Source of the DNA: an uncultured delta proteobacterium
Lineage (GTDB): Bacteria > Desulfobacterota > Syntrophia > Syntrophales > UBA2185
Direction: 5' to 3'
DNA: 64,000 bases
Assembly (NCBI GenBank): GCA_963729715.1
Contig: CAVSPA010000005.1
Location: 288,001-352,000 of the forward strand
The notes under the pieces are model-generated. The model saw only the letters and a program-made list of their open reading frames with translations, had not been told where the DNA came from and ran no database searches. Both the position numbers and the translations under genes were made by a program. This document shows positions 19,169 to 29,146 of the stretch, piece by piece (position 1 is the first letter of the stretch; the number at the start of each line of letters is the position of its first letter).

Positions 19169-20377
19169 TCACTCCGTAAAACAGTTTAGCCATTTCGGCG
19201 CAGGTTCCGTATCTCCAGCAGCGATTGCATCCCGTGATGACCGTACAGCCTCGGCGAGTTCCCTCGCCTTGACATCCCGACCCCCAAGGCCACAGATGTA
19301 ATTGTGGATAGGCAGTCGTATATCTGTCCCGTAAAAGGCCGCCTTGATTTCGGAACATAGCGCTCCTTCATACCCGTAACTGATCCCCTTTTCGAAGACG
19401 CAGATGGCCTTTGCCTTCCTGAAGGCCGCGCGGACATCTTCTTTCGGAAAGGGCCTGAAGACCCTGATTCCGATAACTCCGGCATTAAGCCCCTCTGACC
19501 TCAGCATATCCACGGCTGTGGTGGCTTCGCTTGCCACAGAACCCATCCCAACAAGTATCATCTCGGCGTCATCTGTCTTGTATTGCCATAGCATGCCGCC
19601 GCAATCTCTCCCGAAGGCACCGGCAAATTCACGGCTCGTGGAGACAATAACGTCGCGGGATTCAATGAGGGCCTTCTGAAGCTTGTATCGCATTTCCATA
19701 TAGCCGTCACACAGCACACCCTCTGTATTAGCCCTTCGCCATGGGAAAAGAACAGGGTTGATATTCATGGGAGCCTCCGGCGAGAGAATCGTGTGGGGTT
19801 TATAAGGGGGCAGGAAATCGGAGACAACCACAGCATCAGGGATATCCACAGGCATCATCGTATGAGACATGACAAAACCATCATAACAGATCATGACGGG
19901 CACATAAACCGACTCGGCAATCCGGTACGCCTGAATAATGGAATCAATAATCTCCTGGTTGTCCCGGCAGTAAATTTGTATCCAGCCTGTATCGCGCTGT
20001 GCGATGGAATCCTGCTGGTCGTTGAAGATCGTCCACGGAGCGCCCACTCCACGGTTGATGCAGCACAACACAATAGGCAGCCTTGCGCCGGCTGCCCAGT
20101 GTATCTGCTCATGCATGTAAAGCAGTCCCTGGGAGCTCGTGGAAGTGAAGACGCGTGCCCCCACAGTGGATGCCGATATACAAACCGCAAGAGCGGAATG
20201 CTCTGATTCAACGCGGATATATTCTGCCTTGAGTTCTCCGCCCTCAATCAACTGGGAAAGCATCTCTGTCACAGAGGTCTGCGGCGTAATGGGATAGGCC
20301 GCCACGACCTGAACATGGCTGAGCTTCGCCCCAAGAGCCGCGGCCTGGTTGCCCGTTATGATTTGCACTTCAGCCAT
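19169..20377 (-). CDS. porA: 2-oxoacid:ferredoxin oxidoreductase alpha subunit
   Basis: AAYPITPQT, ESEHSA, TSSQGL, RPFP, GLGGRD. Confidence 0.93.
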   Translation of the reverse strand: MAEVQIITGNQAAALGAKLSHVQVVAAYPITPQTSVTEMLSQLIEGGELKAEYIRVESEHSALAVCISASTVGARVFTSTSSQGLLYMHEQIHWAAGARLPIVLCCINRGVGAPWTIFNDQQDSIAQRDTGWIQIYCRDNQEIIDSIIQAYRIAESVYVPVMICYDGFVMSHTMMPVDIPDAVVVSDFLPPYKPHTILSPEAPMNINPVLFPWRRANTEGVLCDGYMEMRYKLQKALIESRDVIVSTSREFAGAFGRDCGGMLWQYKTDDAEMILVGMGSVASEATTAVDMLRSEGLNAGVIGIRVFRPFPKEDVRAAFRKAKAICVFEKGISYGYEGALCSEIKAAFYGTDIRLPIHNYICGLGGRDVKARELAEAVRSSRDAIAAGDTEPAPKWLNCFTE

Positions 20378-20663
20378 TCTTCTCCCCCTCGTTCACCATG
20401 GATATCGCTTTTCCGGGACACTCCTCAGCACATATGCCGCAACCTTTGCAGTATTCCAGATCAATTTCCAGGGGAATCGTCGCTTTGATTACTCCTTCCG
20501 GACAATAGAGCCAGCAGAGAAAGCAGGCAGCCTTTTTCTTAATGGAGGGGATACACTTTGAATGATCGCAAACGGGCCTCATGTCCCGCCAGTCCCCCGT
20601 CTTCCCCGCTTCTCCAACTGCCGGTGTGGCCATGGCGGAAATATTCGTGTCTCTTTTCTTCAC
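20370..20663 (-). CDS. porD: 2-oxoacid:ferredoxin oxidoreductase delta subunit (2[4Fe-4S])
   Basis: TGDWR..RP, CFLCWLYCP, YCKGCGICAEECP. Confidence 0.93.
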   Translation of the reverse strand: MKKRDTNISAMATPAVGEAGKTGDWRDMRPVCDHSKCIPSIKKKAACFLCWLYCPEGVIKATIPLEIDLEYCKGCGICAEECPGKAISMVNEGEKNG

Positions 20664-20665
20664 AA

Positions 20666-21241
20666 TTATTGTCCTCCATTGGCGGTTTTCATTATGGTCT
20701 GCGCAAATGCATCTCGCAGGGCGACGATATTGGCAGCAGAAACAGCGCTTGATAATTTAGCCTTCAATCCTTTTTCCATCGCATCAAGAGACACAAGGTT
20801 TGATACCCTGGCAAATGCCCCCAGCATCGTGGTGTTGACAATCGGCTTCCCCTCCCTTATGAGATGGTTTTTGAGGGCAATATTTCCCGCATCAACCGTG
20901 GCTATGCTGATCCTCACGTCAAAATTCAGTTCATCAGGCTTCAAGGGACTGTTGACAATGATAAGCCCCCCTTCTTTGAGCGTTGTCAGAATGTTTACGG
21001 CAGAAAGGAGAGATGAATCCAGAACAACAGATATATCTGCATACTCAATCTGCGAGACCATCCGGACAGGCTCTGACGAGATCCTGGTTGAAGCTGTCAA
21101 CGGGGCACCTCTTCTTTCCGGACCGAAGGTCGGTGCGGATGTGACCCCTTTGAATCCTTGAATATAAGCTGCTTCTGCCAAAATCTGCGCAGCGATGACA
21201 ACGCCCTGACCGCCTCTTCCGTGCCATATTATTTCATGCAT
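20666..21241 (-). CDS. porG: 2-oxoacid:ferredoxin oxidoreductase gamma subunit
   Basis: MHEIIWHGRGGQG, FGPERRGAP, NTTMLGA; start reassigned to 21241. Confidence 0.92.
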   Translation of the reverse strand: MHEIIWHGRGGQGVVIAAQILAEAAYIQGFKGVTSAPTFGPERRGAPLTASTRISSEPVRMVSQIEYADISVVLDSSLLSAVNILTTLKEGGLIIVNSPLKPDELNFDVRISIATVDAGNIALKNHLIREGKPIVNTTMLGAFARVSNLVSLDAMEKGLKAKLSSAVSAANIVALRDAFAQTIMKTANGGQ

Positions 21242-21293
21242 ACGGCCTACCTTTATGAATTTAATTACATCAATTTCCAAATGCACATGCACT

Positions 21294-21317
21294 ATTGTCA
21301 TTTCGAGCGGCGAGAGA
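21294..21317. repeat. Short intergenic REP/MITE-like repeat, copy 2
   Basis: ATTGTCATTTCGAGCGGCGAGAGA; matches 9910..9933. Confidence 0.45.
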
Positions 21318-21389
21318 AATCTTGAGATCACTCATCGCTGACGCTTCATCACAGTTAAGGGTTTCCGCTTGTCCAAAAGCCAGGTTTTA

Positions 21390-21430
21390 TTAAAATAAAA
21401 AGGCCATGGATTTTTTTACCCATGGCCTTT
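21390..21430 (-). terminator. Attenuator-type intrinsic terminator upstream of porG
   Basis: AAAGGCCATGG-N10-CCATGGCCTTT followed by TTATTTT on the minus strand. Confidence 0.85.
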
Positions 21431-21450
21431 AGGATGATATAAACGTACTA

Positions 21451-21567
21451 TTATCCTGTCCTAAAAACGACGGGTGACGCGGGTAGCCGCGCCAACAGAA
21501 GAGCGAGGAGGAGCAAGCGAGAATCGCACAAATAAAAAATCTCTCTTCTTATTGATCCAAAGGTCAT
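21451..21567 (-). CDS. Leucine-rich leader peptide (38 aa)
   Basis: MTFGSIRREIFYLCDSRLLLLALLLARLPASPVVFRTG*; stop lies 20 nt before the terminator. Confidence 0.65.
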   Translation of the reverse strand: MTFGSIRREIFYLCDSRLLLLALLLARLPASPVVFRTG

Positions 21568-21598
21568 TTTCAGGAAATCCTGTCCAAGGTTCGCGGAA

Positions 21599-21627
21599 AA
21601 CATAGAATAAATAACAGCAGATGTCAA
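21599..21627 (-). promoter_or_regulatory. sigma70-type promoter of the leader/por operon
   Basis: TTGACA-N17-TATGTT. Confidence 0.65.
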
Positions 21628-21649
21628 TAGACAAATCGTAGTCTAATGC

Positions 21650-23377
21650 TCACCTGAATCCCTTCTTCACCGCCATAGCGTTTTTAAGGTTCTCCTGCGC
21701 TAATGCGTAATCCGGGTTGAGACGCAAAGCTTCCCGATAGTTGGCGATGGCCTCATCCAGCTTTCCCTGATAAAATAGCGCGTTTCCCAGATTGTTATGT
21801 GCCTTTGCATAGTCCGGACTGATGCGGATACTTTCACGAAACTGATTAATTGCTTCATCGAGTTTTCCTTGTGAAGCCAGCATTATGCCCAAATTGTAGT
21901 GTGCATCGGCCGGATTGTTGATACTGATAGCCTTCTGGAAGCGGGCAATAGCCTCTTCTCTTTTTCCCTGGAGGGCCAGAGCATAACCCAGGTTATTTTG
22001 CGCCCAGGCATTTGCAGATGTAACCTTTATGGCATGCTCATAAAGGATAATATTATTGCGCCAAAAACCAATCTGGACATACGTCATAATTACACAAGCG
22101 AAAAGAATCCCCACAGCGGCGGTAGTGAGTGCGATTCTTCGATGACGCCAACGATTGAGGAGTTCCGGAGCACCCCAGGCAATCACGATGAATATGCCGA
22201 TAAGTGGCACATAGGTATAGCGATCGGCCATAGACTGCAATCCCACCTGTACAAATCCAATGACGGGGACGAGAGTTCCCAGATACCACAACCACCCAAC
22301 TATAAGATAAGGAAACCGCCTAGCTGTTCGAATAGCCAAATAGGTTATAACCATTAGAACTAAAACGGCCGATATTGCCTGCCATGAGGAAAGCGCAACA
22401 CCGACATAAGGATAAAAGATGGAGAGCTTTACAGGCCACAGCATCTTTCCAATGTAGCTGACATAGGAAATCACCGCATTGGCAATGCGGAGGCCGAGGG
22501 GATACAACTCCATGGGTTTCACGATCCGATGCTGGGCGTAGACTGTTATGAAGCAGAAGAGTATGGTGATAGCAAAAAACGGTATCTTCTCTTTTAGTAA
22601 CGGCCGCATCTCCTGCCACAGGACATGCGATTCTATATTACCCTTGGTATGTACGGTATCCTTGCCGGGCCGCTGCTGCGACTTCTGCTTCTTCTTCGCG
22701 CGGCTTGCCGGCCCAGGTGTTGCGGCAGCATTACGGACACCCGCCGTAGCCATCTGGAGCCGCTTTAGGGGCCAGTAATCCAAAAGCAGCAGGACAACGG
22801 GCAAGGTGACCAACATAGGCTTGGACATGAGACCCAGCAGGAAGAATGCAAGGACAAATAGATACCTCTTATATCCGGGACGTTCCACATAGTAAGCGTA
22901 CGCCCCCATGGTGAACATCCAAAAAAGGGTGGAGAGGACATCCTTCCTTTCAGCGACCCAAGCGACAGATTCTACATGGAGGGGATGCAGCGCAAAAAGC
23001 CCTGCCACAAAGGCACTCTGCCAGAGGGCGTTTGTCATACGGTGGAGAATCAGGAAGAGCAAGAGAGTGTTGGCAATATGAAAGAAGAGGCTGACCAGAT
23101 GATGCGGCCCCGGTTTCAGTCCGAATACCTGACAGTCCAGCATGTGTGAAAGCCATGTAAGTGGGTGCCAATTATGGGCGTGCGGCTCGGAAAAGGCCCA
23201 GGCTATGCCCTTTAGAGTAATCCCGTCCTGTACATAACGGTTCTCTGTCACATAATCGTTATCATCGAACGATATGAACTCGTGGTTTCTGACCTGCCAG
23301 AAGACCGCGACGGTTGTCATTGACAGGGCAATGCAGACTGCCAATACTAAATAGTTTCTATTTATCTGACTTGTCAT
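21650..23377 (-). CDS. TMTC-like GT-C/TPR membrane protein (paralog 2)
   Basis: SFDD, WHPLTW, HPLHVESVAWVAERKD, ADRYTY, TPRs. Confidence 0.85.
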   Translation of the reverse strand: MTSQINRNYLVLAVCIALSMTTVAVFWQVRNHEFISFDDNDYVTENRYVQDGITLKGIAWAFSEPHAHNWHPLTWLSHMLDCQVFGLKPGPHHLVSLFFHIANTLLLFLILHRMTNALWQSAFVAGLFALHPLHVESVAWVAERKDVLSTLFWMFTMGAYAYYVERPGYKRYLFVLAFFLLGLMSKPMLVTLPVVLLLLDYWPLKRLQMATAGVRNAAATPGPASRAKKKQKSQQRPGKDTVHTKGNIESHVLWQEMRPLLKEKIPFFAITILFCFITVYAQHRIVKPMELYPLGLRIANAVISYVSYIGKMLWPVKLSIFYPYVGVALSSWQAISAVLVLMVITYLAIRTARRFPYLIVGWLWYLGTLVPVIGFVQVGLQSMADRYTYVPLIGIFIVIAWGAPELLNRWRHRRIALTTAAVGILFACVIMTYVQIGFWRNNIILYEHAIKVTSANAWAQNNLGYALALQGKREEAIARFQKAISINNPADAHYNLGIMLASQGKLDEAINQFRESIRISPDYAKAHNNLGNALFYQGKLDEAIANYREALRLNPDYALAQENLKNAMAVKKGFR

Positions 23378-23396
23378 CTTTCAGCCGTAATGAGAT

Positions 23397-25343
23397 TCAT
23401 TGCTTTCTATTATGCATCGCAAGGGCATTCTTCATGTTGTCCTTTGCCAGCTTGAAGTCGGGGTTAATTCGCAGGGCCGCACGGTAACTGTCAATGGCTC
23501 CGTCAATCTCCCCCTGCGAAAGCAAGGCACTTCCCAGATTGTTATGGGCATCTGCCAAATCAGGCTTGAGTCTGATGGCCTCCCGAAAGTGGGTGATGGC
23601 TTCGCCTTCTTTACCCAGTAGGGCCAGGACGTAACCGAGGTTATTTTGATATTCTGCAGAGCGAGGTTTAAGTCTCACAGCCTCCTTGAGTTGGACAACA
23701 GCTTCTGTCAAATTACCCCCGCGAGCCAAGGCATTACCCAAGTTATAATGTCCATTCGAGTGATCCGGATTGATCATCAAGGTTTCCTTGTAGTCTGCAA
23801 TGGCCCTTTTATAATCGCCCAGATTGACCCTTGCGTTTCCCCGATTGTAATAGGCATCATAAAACCGCGGGTTCAACTTAATCGCCTTATCGTAATACGT
23901 TAGCGCCTCGGACGCATTTCCCGCATCGGCCAGCGCCTTCCCATAATTGCTTAACGGCCTCGGTTTATTCGGAGATTTCTTCAGACAATCGGCCCAGAGG
24001 GTATAATCACTTTTCCAGACCTTATTGCGCTCATAGGTCAATACGGTGTTTGTTAAGATCAGTAAAAACAGCGCTCCCACTGAGACCTGCCTGTACCAAT
24101 CCCATATGAAGTAAAAGACCACTGCAGTCAGCACAAGAAAAAACCCAAAACCGGGTAGGTATGTCCGATGTTCAAATATGACATTCTGGGAAATCGGGAT
24201 AATACTTGATTCTACGGACAGGGTTAAAAAACCCCAGAATATCCCAAAGGAAATAAGCCGATACCTCCGGAAAAGCAGTATGCCGAGAACAAAAATCCCG
24301 GCCAGGGATAACAGGCCCAAGAGCGTATGCCATTCAAAAAAGCTATGCGAGATCGGATAATCATAATCCAGATTCTGATTTACGGGTAGTATGAATAGCC
24401 TCATATATGTCAGTATAACGCTAAACTGTGTGATGAGATATTCCCAAGCGGTTATGGGATAATCGTAGCCTTGGTGAAGAAGAGGCGGTATGGGGTTAAA
24501 TATCTCGAATGAGAAATTGAGGAAAAAAAGGACAATGAAAATCCCGAGGATGGTGATAGGAATCTGAATGCCCCTGTCTTTTAAATCGATCTTCCATGCA
24601 TCGGTCCTTATAAAGCTGAACTCGTACAAAACAAGGGCGAAGGGTAGTGTAAAAACGATCTCCTTGGTCAGCATCCCTAAGACCGCGCAAAATAGGGCGC
24701 CCGCATAGTAAAAGAAAACCTGTGTGCCTCTATTTCCCTCCCCAAGTCTGCCCTTCACATACAACGCCAGCGACAACAGATAAAACAGCGTGGCCAGTGA
24801 AGCCAGCCGTTGCACGATGTACGTGACCGATTGGGTTGCCAGGGGATGGGATACGAACAACAAGGCGGTAAATAGGGCCATTGCTCCTTTATGTCGGCTT
24901 ATCGGCTGAGCCCTCATTACAGGCGTTGCCATCGTCAGCAGTACGAGCCACCATACCAATATGGCATTGACAATATGTATCGCCAGATTAACGAGGTGGT
25001 ATCCCCACACATCAAGCCCATGAAAATAATAATTCAAGGCAAATGATAGATACCCTATGGGACGACTGGGGTAAAACCCCCACCAGGCTTGAACGTCGGA
25101 GAGATTCCGTACGGCGATATTCTCCTCAATGGTTGGGACATCATCAAAATGAAAAGAGCAATCAAACGAGTTGGAATACGCTGTTACGCCCACGAGACAA
25201 ATAAGCAGTATAGATATCAGAGTCCAGGGGACGCTTCTGTTCTTAACTTGTTCTTTTCCCTTACTGGGAAAATCACTTATCTTCTTTTTCGTAGTCTTCG
25301 ACGTCCGTCTATTACCCACGCTACCTCCGACGGTCTTTTTCAA
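23397..25343 (-). CDS. TMTC-like GT-C/TPR membrane protein (divergent paralog 3)
   Basis: HFDD, HPLATQSVTYIVQR, FEHRTYLP, TPRs. Confidence 0.85.
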   Translation of the reverse strand: MKKTVGGSVGNRRTSKTTKKKISDFPSKGKEQVKNRSVPWTLISILLICLVGVTAYSNSFDCSFHFDDVPTIEENIAVRNLSDVQAWWGFYPSRPIGYLSFALNYYFHGLDVWGYHLVNLAIHIVNAILVWWLVLLTMATPVMRAQPISRHKGAMALFTALLFVSHPLATQSVTYIVQRLASLATLFYLLSLALYVKGRLGEGNRGTQVFFYYAGALFCAVLGMLTKEIVFTLPFALVLYEFSFIRTDAWKIDLKDRGIQIPITILGIFIVLFFLNFSFEIFNPIPPLLHQGYDYPITAWEYLITQFSVILTYMRLFILPVNQNLDYDYPISHSFFEWHTLLGLLSLAGIFVLGILLFRRYRLISFGIFWGFLTLSVESSIIPISQNVIFEHRTYLPGFGFFLVLTAVVFYFIWDWYRQVSVGALFLLILTNTVLTYERNKVWKSDYTLWADCLKKSPNKPRPLSNYGKALADAGNASEALTYYDKAIKLNPRFYDAYYNRGNARVNLGDYKRAIADYKETLMINPDHSNGHYNLGNALARGGNLTEAVVQLKEAVRLKPRSAEYQNNLGYVLALLGKEGEAITHFREAIRLKPDLADAHNNLGSALLSQGEIDGAIDSYRAALRINPDFKLAKDNMKNALAMHNRKQ

Positions 25344-25523
25344 CGATAGAGAGAACTAATAAATACGCGATAGTTGAGCAAAACAACTGTGATGTCCAAC
25401 GAACTTACTCTAAAATGATGCCAGCAGGCAAGAATTACGAAAAGATCATGACGAACATTTAATTTTTTTGTCCACGTTCTTGAAACATCAAACCTCCGTT
25501 ATAAGCAGAGCAGTACACAAAGA

Positions 25524-27482
25524 TCATCTCTTCCTCCTCCGCTGAGCAAGAGCATCCTCGAGGTTTTTTTGTGCAAGCGCATAGTCCGGTTTGAGAAGTA
25601 ATGCTTGCTGAAAACTGCGAATGGCTTCATCAATCCCGCCCTGTAAAAACAAGGTGTGTCCCAGATTGTTGTATGCTTTTGCATAGTCCGGCTTGACGCG
25701 GATAGCTTCCCGAAAGTGATAAATGGCTCCACCGAAGTCACCGCGTGAGAGCAGCATAGTACCTACATTATAATGCACCTCCGCCGAAGCATCTGACATC
25801 ACCGAGCGCAAATCCGATTTGATCTCGAGTGCCTTGGAAAAAACTGCCATTGCTTCAGTGAATTTCCCTTGCGAAGCCAGGGCCTCTCCCAGATTTACAT
25901 AGGCTTTTATGTAATTCGGGTTAATCCGGATTGCCTCACCATAATGACTGATAGCTTCTTCGATACGGCCTTGTTCTTGCAGGGATATGCCGAGGTTATT
26001 GTTTTCCTCGTAGCAATTTGGACAAATCCGGACGGCTTCGGAATAATGATGGATGGCCTCTTCAAATTTTCCCTGCGTGAGCAAACTATGCCCCAAATTG
26101 CTGTGAGCAGTATAGTTATTTGTTGTCACGTCGATGGCATGTGTAAACAGGGTAATGCTGTTTTGCCAGTACTGCACCTGTTTCCAGGAAACGAATGAGA
26201 GGATGCAAATTATGATGACAGCAAGTGTTGCAAGAGCAGCATTCATATGTCGCCATTTCTTTATAAGCTCAGGCACTCCCCAGGCAACCATGATTAGAAT
26301 GCCGATAATGGGTACGTAGGTGTAACGGTCCGCCATGGCCTGCACGCCAACTTGGACAAGACCTATAACGGGAACCAGTGTCCCCAGATACCAGAGCCAC
26401 CCTGTCGTGAGATATGGGTAGCGCTTCGCGGTCCAAAGAATCAAGTACGTTGCAATGATAAGAAAGAGGACTGCCCCAATGATCTCCCAAGTCGGAAGCC
26501 TGCCGGGGTAAGGATAAAGAACCGCAAGATTTGCGGGCCAGACTATCTTCCCAATATAACTGCAGTAAGAGACAATGGCATTTGCAATGCGGGCGGACAA
26601 GGGATAGCTTTGTAGAGAACCCATCGCCCCGCTTTTCTGCTGCGCTATGTATGTCACTATACTAAGTGCCAGAGAAAGAACAAAGAATGGAACCTTTTCC
26701 AGTATAATATGGCCGATGGCAGGCTGTTGCTGGCTCTGCTTCGCGGTCTTGTCTGCCTGCTTTGGCTTCTGTCTATTCCTTACACGTTCCTTTTTCTTGC
26801 CTTGTGTGTTCAGAGATTCTTCAGATTGCGTGTGCTTATCTACTGACGGTTTCCCTATTGTCACGCGACGGAGGGGCCAGTAATCAAGAAGGAGCAGGAC
26901 AAAAGGAAGTGTGACTACCATGGGTTTGGCCATGAGGCCCAGGGAAAAGAAGAGAAGAGTGAGAAGATACCTCTTTAGCTCTCGCCTTTCAACATAGAAA
27001 GCATAAGCCCCCATGGTGAGCAGCCAAAAAAATGTGGAGAGGACGTCTTTGCGCTCGGCAACCCAGGCAACAGACTCCACATGGAGAGGATGAATGGCGA
27101 AGATAGCGGCTACAAAGGCGCTTTGCCACAGGAACTTCGTCATCCGGTGAAGTATGAGGAATAGCAAAAGCGAATTTGCGATATGAAAGAGAAGATTAAC
27201 GATGTGGTAGCCTGTCGGGTTCAGCCTGAACAAGTCGTAGTCCAGCATATAGGATACCCATGTAAGCGGATGCCAGTATCCTGTATAACTGGTCGTCAAT
27301 GCCCAGCGAATTCCCCCTGTCGTGATACCATTCTTTACATAACTGTTTTCCGTCACGTATTCATTATCATCGTAATTTGTGAAATCACAATGATTGACCT
27401 GCCAGTAAATGGCAAAGGCGGTAATCGCCAGAAAGACGCAGACGTATACTGTGCGGTGATTGTCACTTAATCTATTCATCAT
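25524..27482 (-). CDS. TMTC-like GT-C/TPR membrane protein (paralog 4)
   Basis: NYDD, WHPLTW, HPLHVESVAWVAERKD, ADRYTY, TPRs. Confidence 0.85.
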   Translation of the reverse strand: MMNRLSDNHRTVYVCVFLAITAFAIYWQVNHCDFTNYDDNEYVTENSYVKNGITTGGIRWALTTSYTGYWHPLTWVSYMLDYDLFRLNPTGYHIVNLLFHIANSLLLFLILHRMTKFLWQSAFVAAIFAIHPLHVESVAWVAERKDVLSTFFWLLTMGAYAFYVERRELKRYLLTLLFFSLGLMAKPMVVTLPFVLLLLDYWPLRRVTIGKPSVDKHTQSEESLNTQGKKKERVRNRQKPKQADKTAKQSQQQPAIGHIILEKVPFFVLSLALSIVTYIAQQKSGAMGSLQSYPLSARIANAIVSYCSYIGKIVWPANLAVLYPYPGRLPTWEIIGAVLFLIIATYLILWTAKRYPYLTTGWLWYLGTLVPVIGLVQVGVQAMADRYTYVPIIGILIMVAWGVPELIKKWRHMNAALATLAVIIICILSFVSWKQVQYWQNSITLFTHAIDVTTNNYTAHSNLGHSLLTQGKFEEAIHHYSEAVRICPNCYEENNNLGISLQEQGRIEEAISHYGEAIRINPNYIKAYVNLGEALASQGKFTEAMAVFSKALEIKSDLRSVMSDASAEVHYNVGTMLLSRGDFGGAIYHFREAIRVKPDYAKAYNNLGHTLFLQGGIDEAIRSFQQALLLKPDYALAQKNLEDALAQRRRKR

Positions 27483-29146
27483 AGGAGGGGCGATCTTGAT
27501 TCTATAGGATTCATCCTCGGGCGGGTTTTATTGATCATCGCCTCCATCCTTTCTGCGAGTGGGGGAAGTGTTTTCGTATTCAGGGCTGATATGGCTATGG
27601 CATCAAACCTTTGACAGAGGTTTTGCAGCGTTGCTTTGTCGGAGAAACGATCTTTCTTGTTGAAGACAAGAAGGGTGGGCTTCCCGATAATCGCAAGCTC
27701 CTCCAGGATTTTCTCAACTGCCGCTATATGGCTTTCAAAATTTTGGTTGCTTATATCAATTACATGCATAAGAACGTCGGCTTCATGGAGTTCATCAAGG
27801 GTGGCCCGAAAAGCGGCGAAGAGGTCCCGGGGAAGGTCTCGTATAAAGCCTACCGTGTCGGTGATGATGGCCTCCGTATCGCGTGGAAATCGGAGCCTCG
27901 AGCTTTTTGGATCAAGGGTTGCAAACAGGCGATCCTCCGTAAAGACGCTGCTTTTTGTGAGCGTATTCAAGAGCGTCGATTTCCCGGCATTGGTGTACCC
28001 GACGATAGATACTACGGGAAGTCCCATTCTTCCCCGTTTAACGCGACGTTGTTCCCTGGCCCTTTCGATATCATGCAGTTCACGTTCCAGCCGGTGGATT
28101 CGATCCCTCACACGGCGGCGGTTTATCTCGAGTTTGGTCTCTCCCGGCCCCCTACCGCCGATACCTCCCGTGAGCCTCGACATGGCCGTATTTTTTGTCA
28201 CGAGCCTAGGGAGGAGGTACTTCAACTGTGCAAGCTCTACCTGGAGCTTGCCCTCTCTGCTGTGGGCACGACGGGCGAAGATATCGAGAATGACCTGCGT
28301 GCGGTCGATAACTTTCATCTCTGTAAAATCAGTAATGGATCTGAGCTGTGCCGGTTGCAGTTCGTGGTCGAAGATTAGAAGATTAGCCCCTATCTGCATG
28401 GCCCTGATGACGAGCTCCGACATTCTCCCTCTGCCAAGGACGAATCGAGGATCTATCTGATCACGGTACTGGATGATGCTGTCGAAGACTTCAACCCCGC
28501 AGGAGCGGGCAAGCTCCTTCAACTCATCCAAGGAGCCCCGGCTGTCGACAAGGGGACTCGTTTCCACGCGGATCAGTATGGCGCGGTCAGTAGAATCTAC
28601 CTTCCTCGTCATCTGTTTTTTTGCAAATTCTCTCTCCAAGGCCTGAATGAAGGCGAGAAAATTGAGGTCCATCTCCGACGGACGCGCCTTTTCCATGATA
28701 AGCCAGTACCTGCCATCGGGGTTTTCCGGAATCAGATGGGCAGTGTGGGCATAACCAGGAAGTCCATCCTCTCCCGTCTCCACGGCTGAGATTAGATCGA
28801 AGCGGAGTAGAGCCAGGTCCGTGAGGTCATCACTAGTGAGTCCCTCACCGTTTAGATGGGTATGGATTAGGCGAAGGCCCTTGAAACGCGTGGAAGAAGA
28901 ACGGAAGCCGTCGAGTCCGGGAATCATGATGTCTTTGGGTGAGCCGGCGATTACGTATGCGACCTCGCCTCTGCGGCTGATCAGGATGCCTATCTGACGG
29001 TTGATTTCTCGTGAAATGGATGTGAGTTGTCTCGCCAGTTCGTAGGTGATGATACGTTCCGGCGGTACTTTCCTCCGGTAGAGTTGACCGATCCTCCTTA
29101 TCTGTTCTGCTCCGAGACCGGTCAGATTGCCATAGACTTTATTGAT
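27479..29146 (-). CDS. hflX: Ribosome-splitting GTPase HflX (long form), probable non-canonical ATC start
   Basis: GYTNAGKS, LFATLD, DTVGF, NKKD. Frame stays open upstream of the track start (28927) as INKVYGNLTGL...QLYRR, with SD AAGGGGG 6 nt before ATC at 29146. Confidence 0.9.
   Translation of the reverse strand: MNKVYGNLTGLGAEQIRRIGQLYRRKVPPERIITYELARQLTSISREINRQIGILISRRGEVAYVIAGSPKDIMIPGLDGFRSSSTRFKGLRLIHTHLNGEGLTSDDLTDLALLRFDLISAVETGEDGLPGYAHTAHLIPENPDGRYWLIMEKARPSEMDLNFLAFIQALEREFAKKQMTRKVDSTDRAILIRVETSPLVDSRGSLDELKELARSCGVEVFDSIIQYRDQIDPRFVLGRGRMSELVIRAMQIGANLLIFDHELQPAQLRSITDFTEMKVIDRTQVILDIFARRAHSREGKLQVELAQLKYLLPRLVTKNTAMSRLTGGIGGRGPGETKLEINRRRVRDRIHRLERELHDIERAREQRRVKRGRMGLPVVSIVGYTNAGKSTLLNTLTKSSVFTEDRLFATLDPKSSRLRFPRDTEAIITDTVGFIRDLPRDLFAAFRATLDELHEADVLMHVIDISNQNFESHIAAVEKILEELAIIGKPTLLVFNKKDRFSDKATLQNLCQRFDAIAISALNTKTLPPLAERMEAMINKTRPRMNPIESRSPLL

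Noticed and set aside
27611..28460. Long plus-strand ORFs opposite hflX (and similar ones at 1146, 9244, 42563, 45117, 48808)
   Set aside because: Antisense shadows of well-supported genes with no family motifs.
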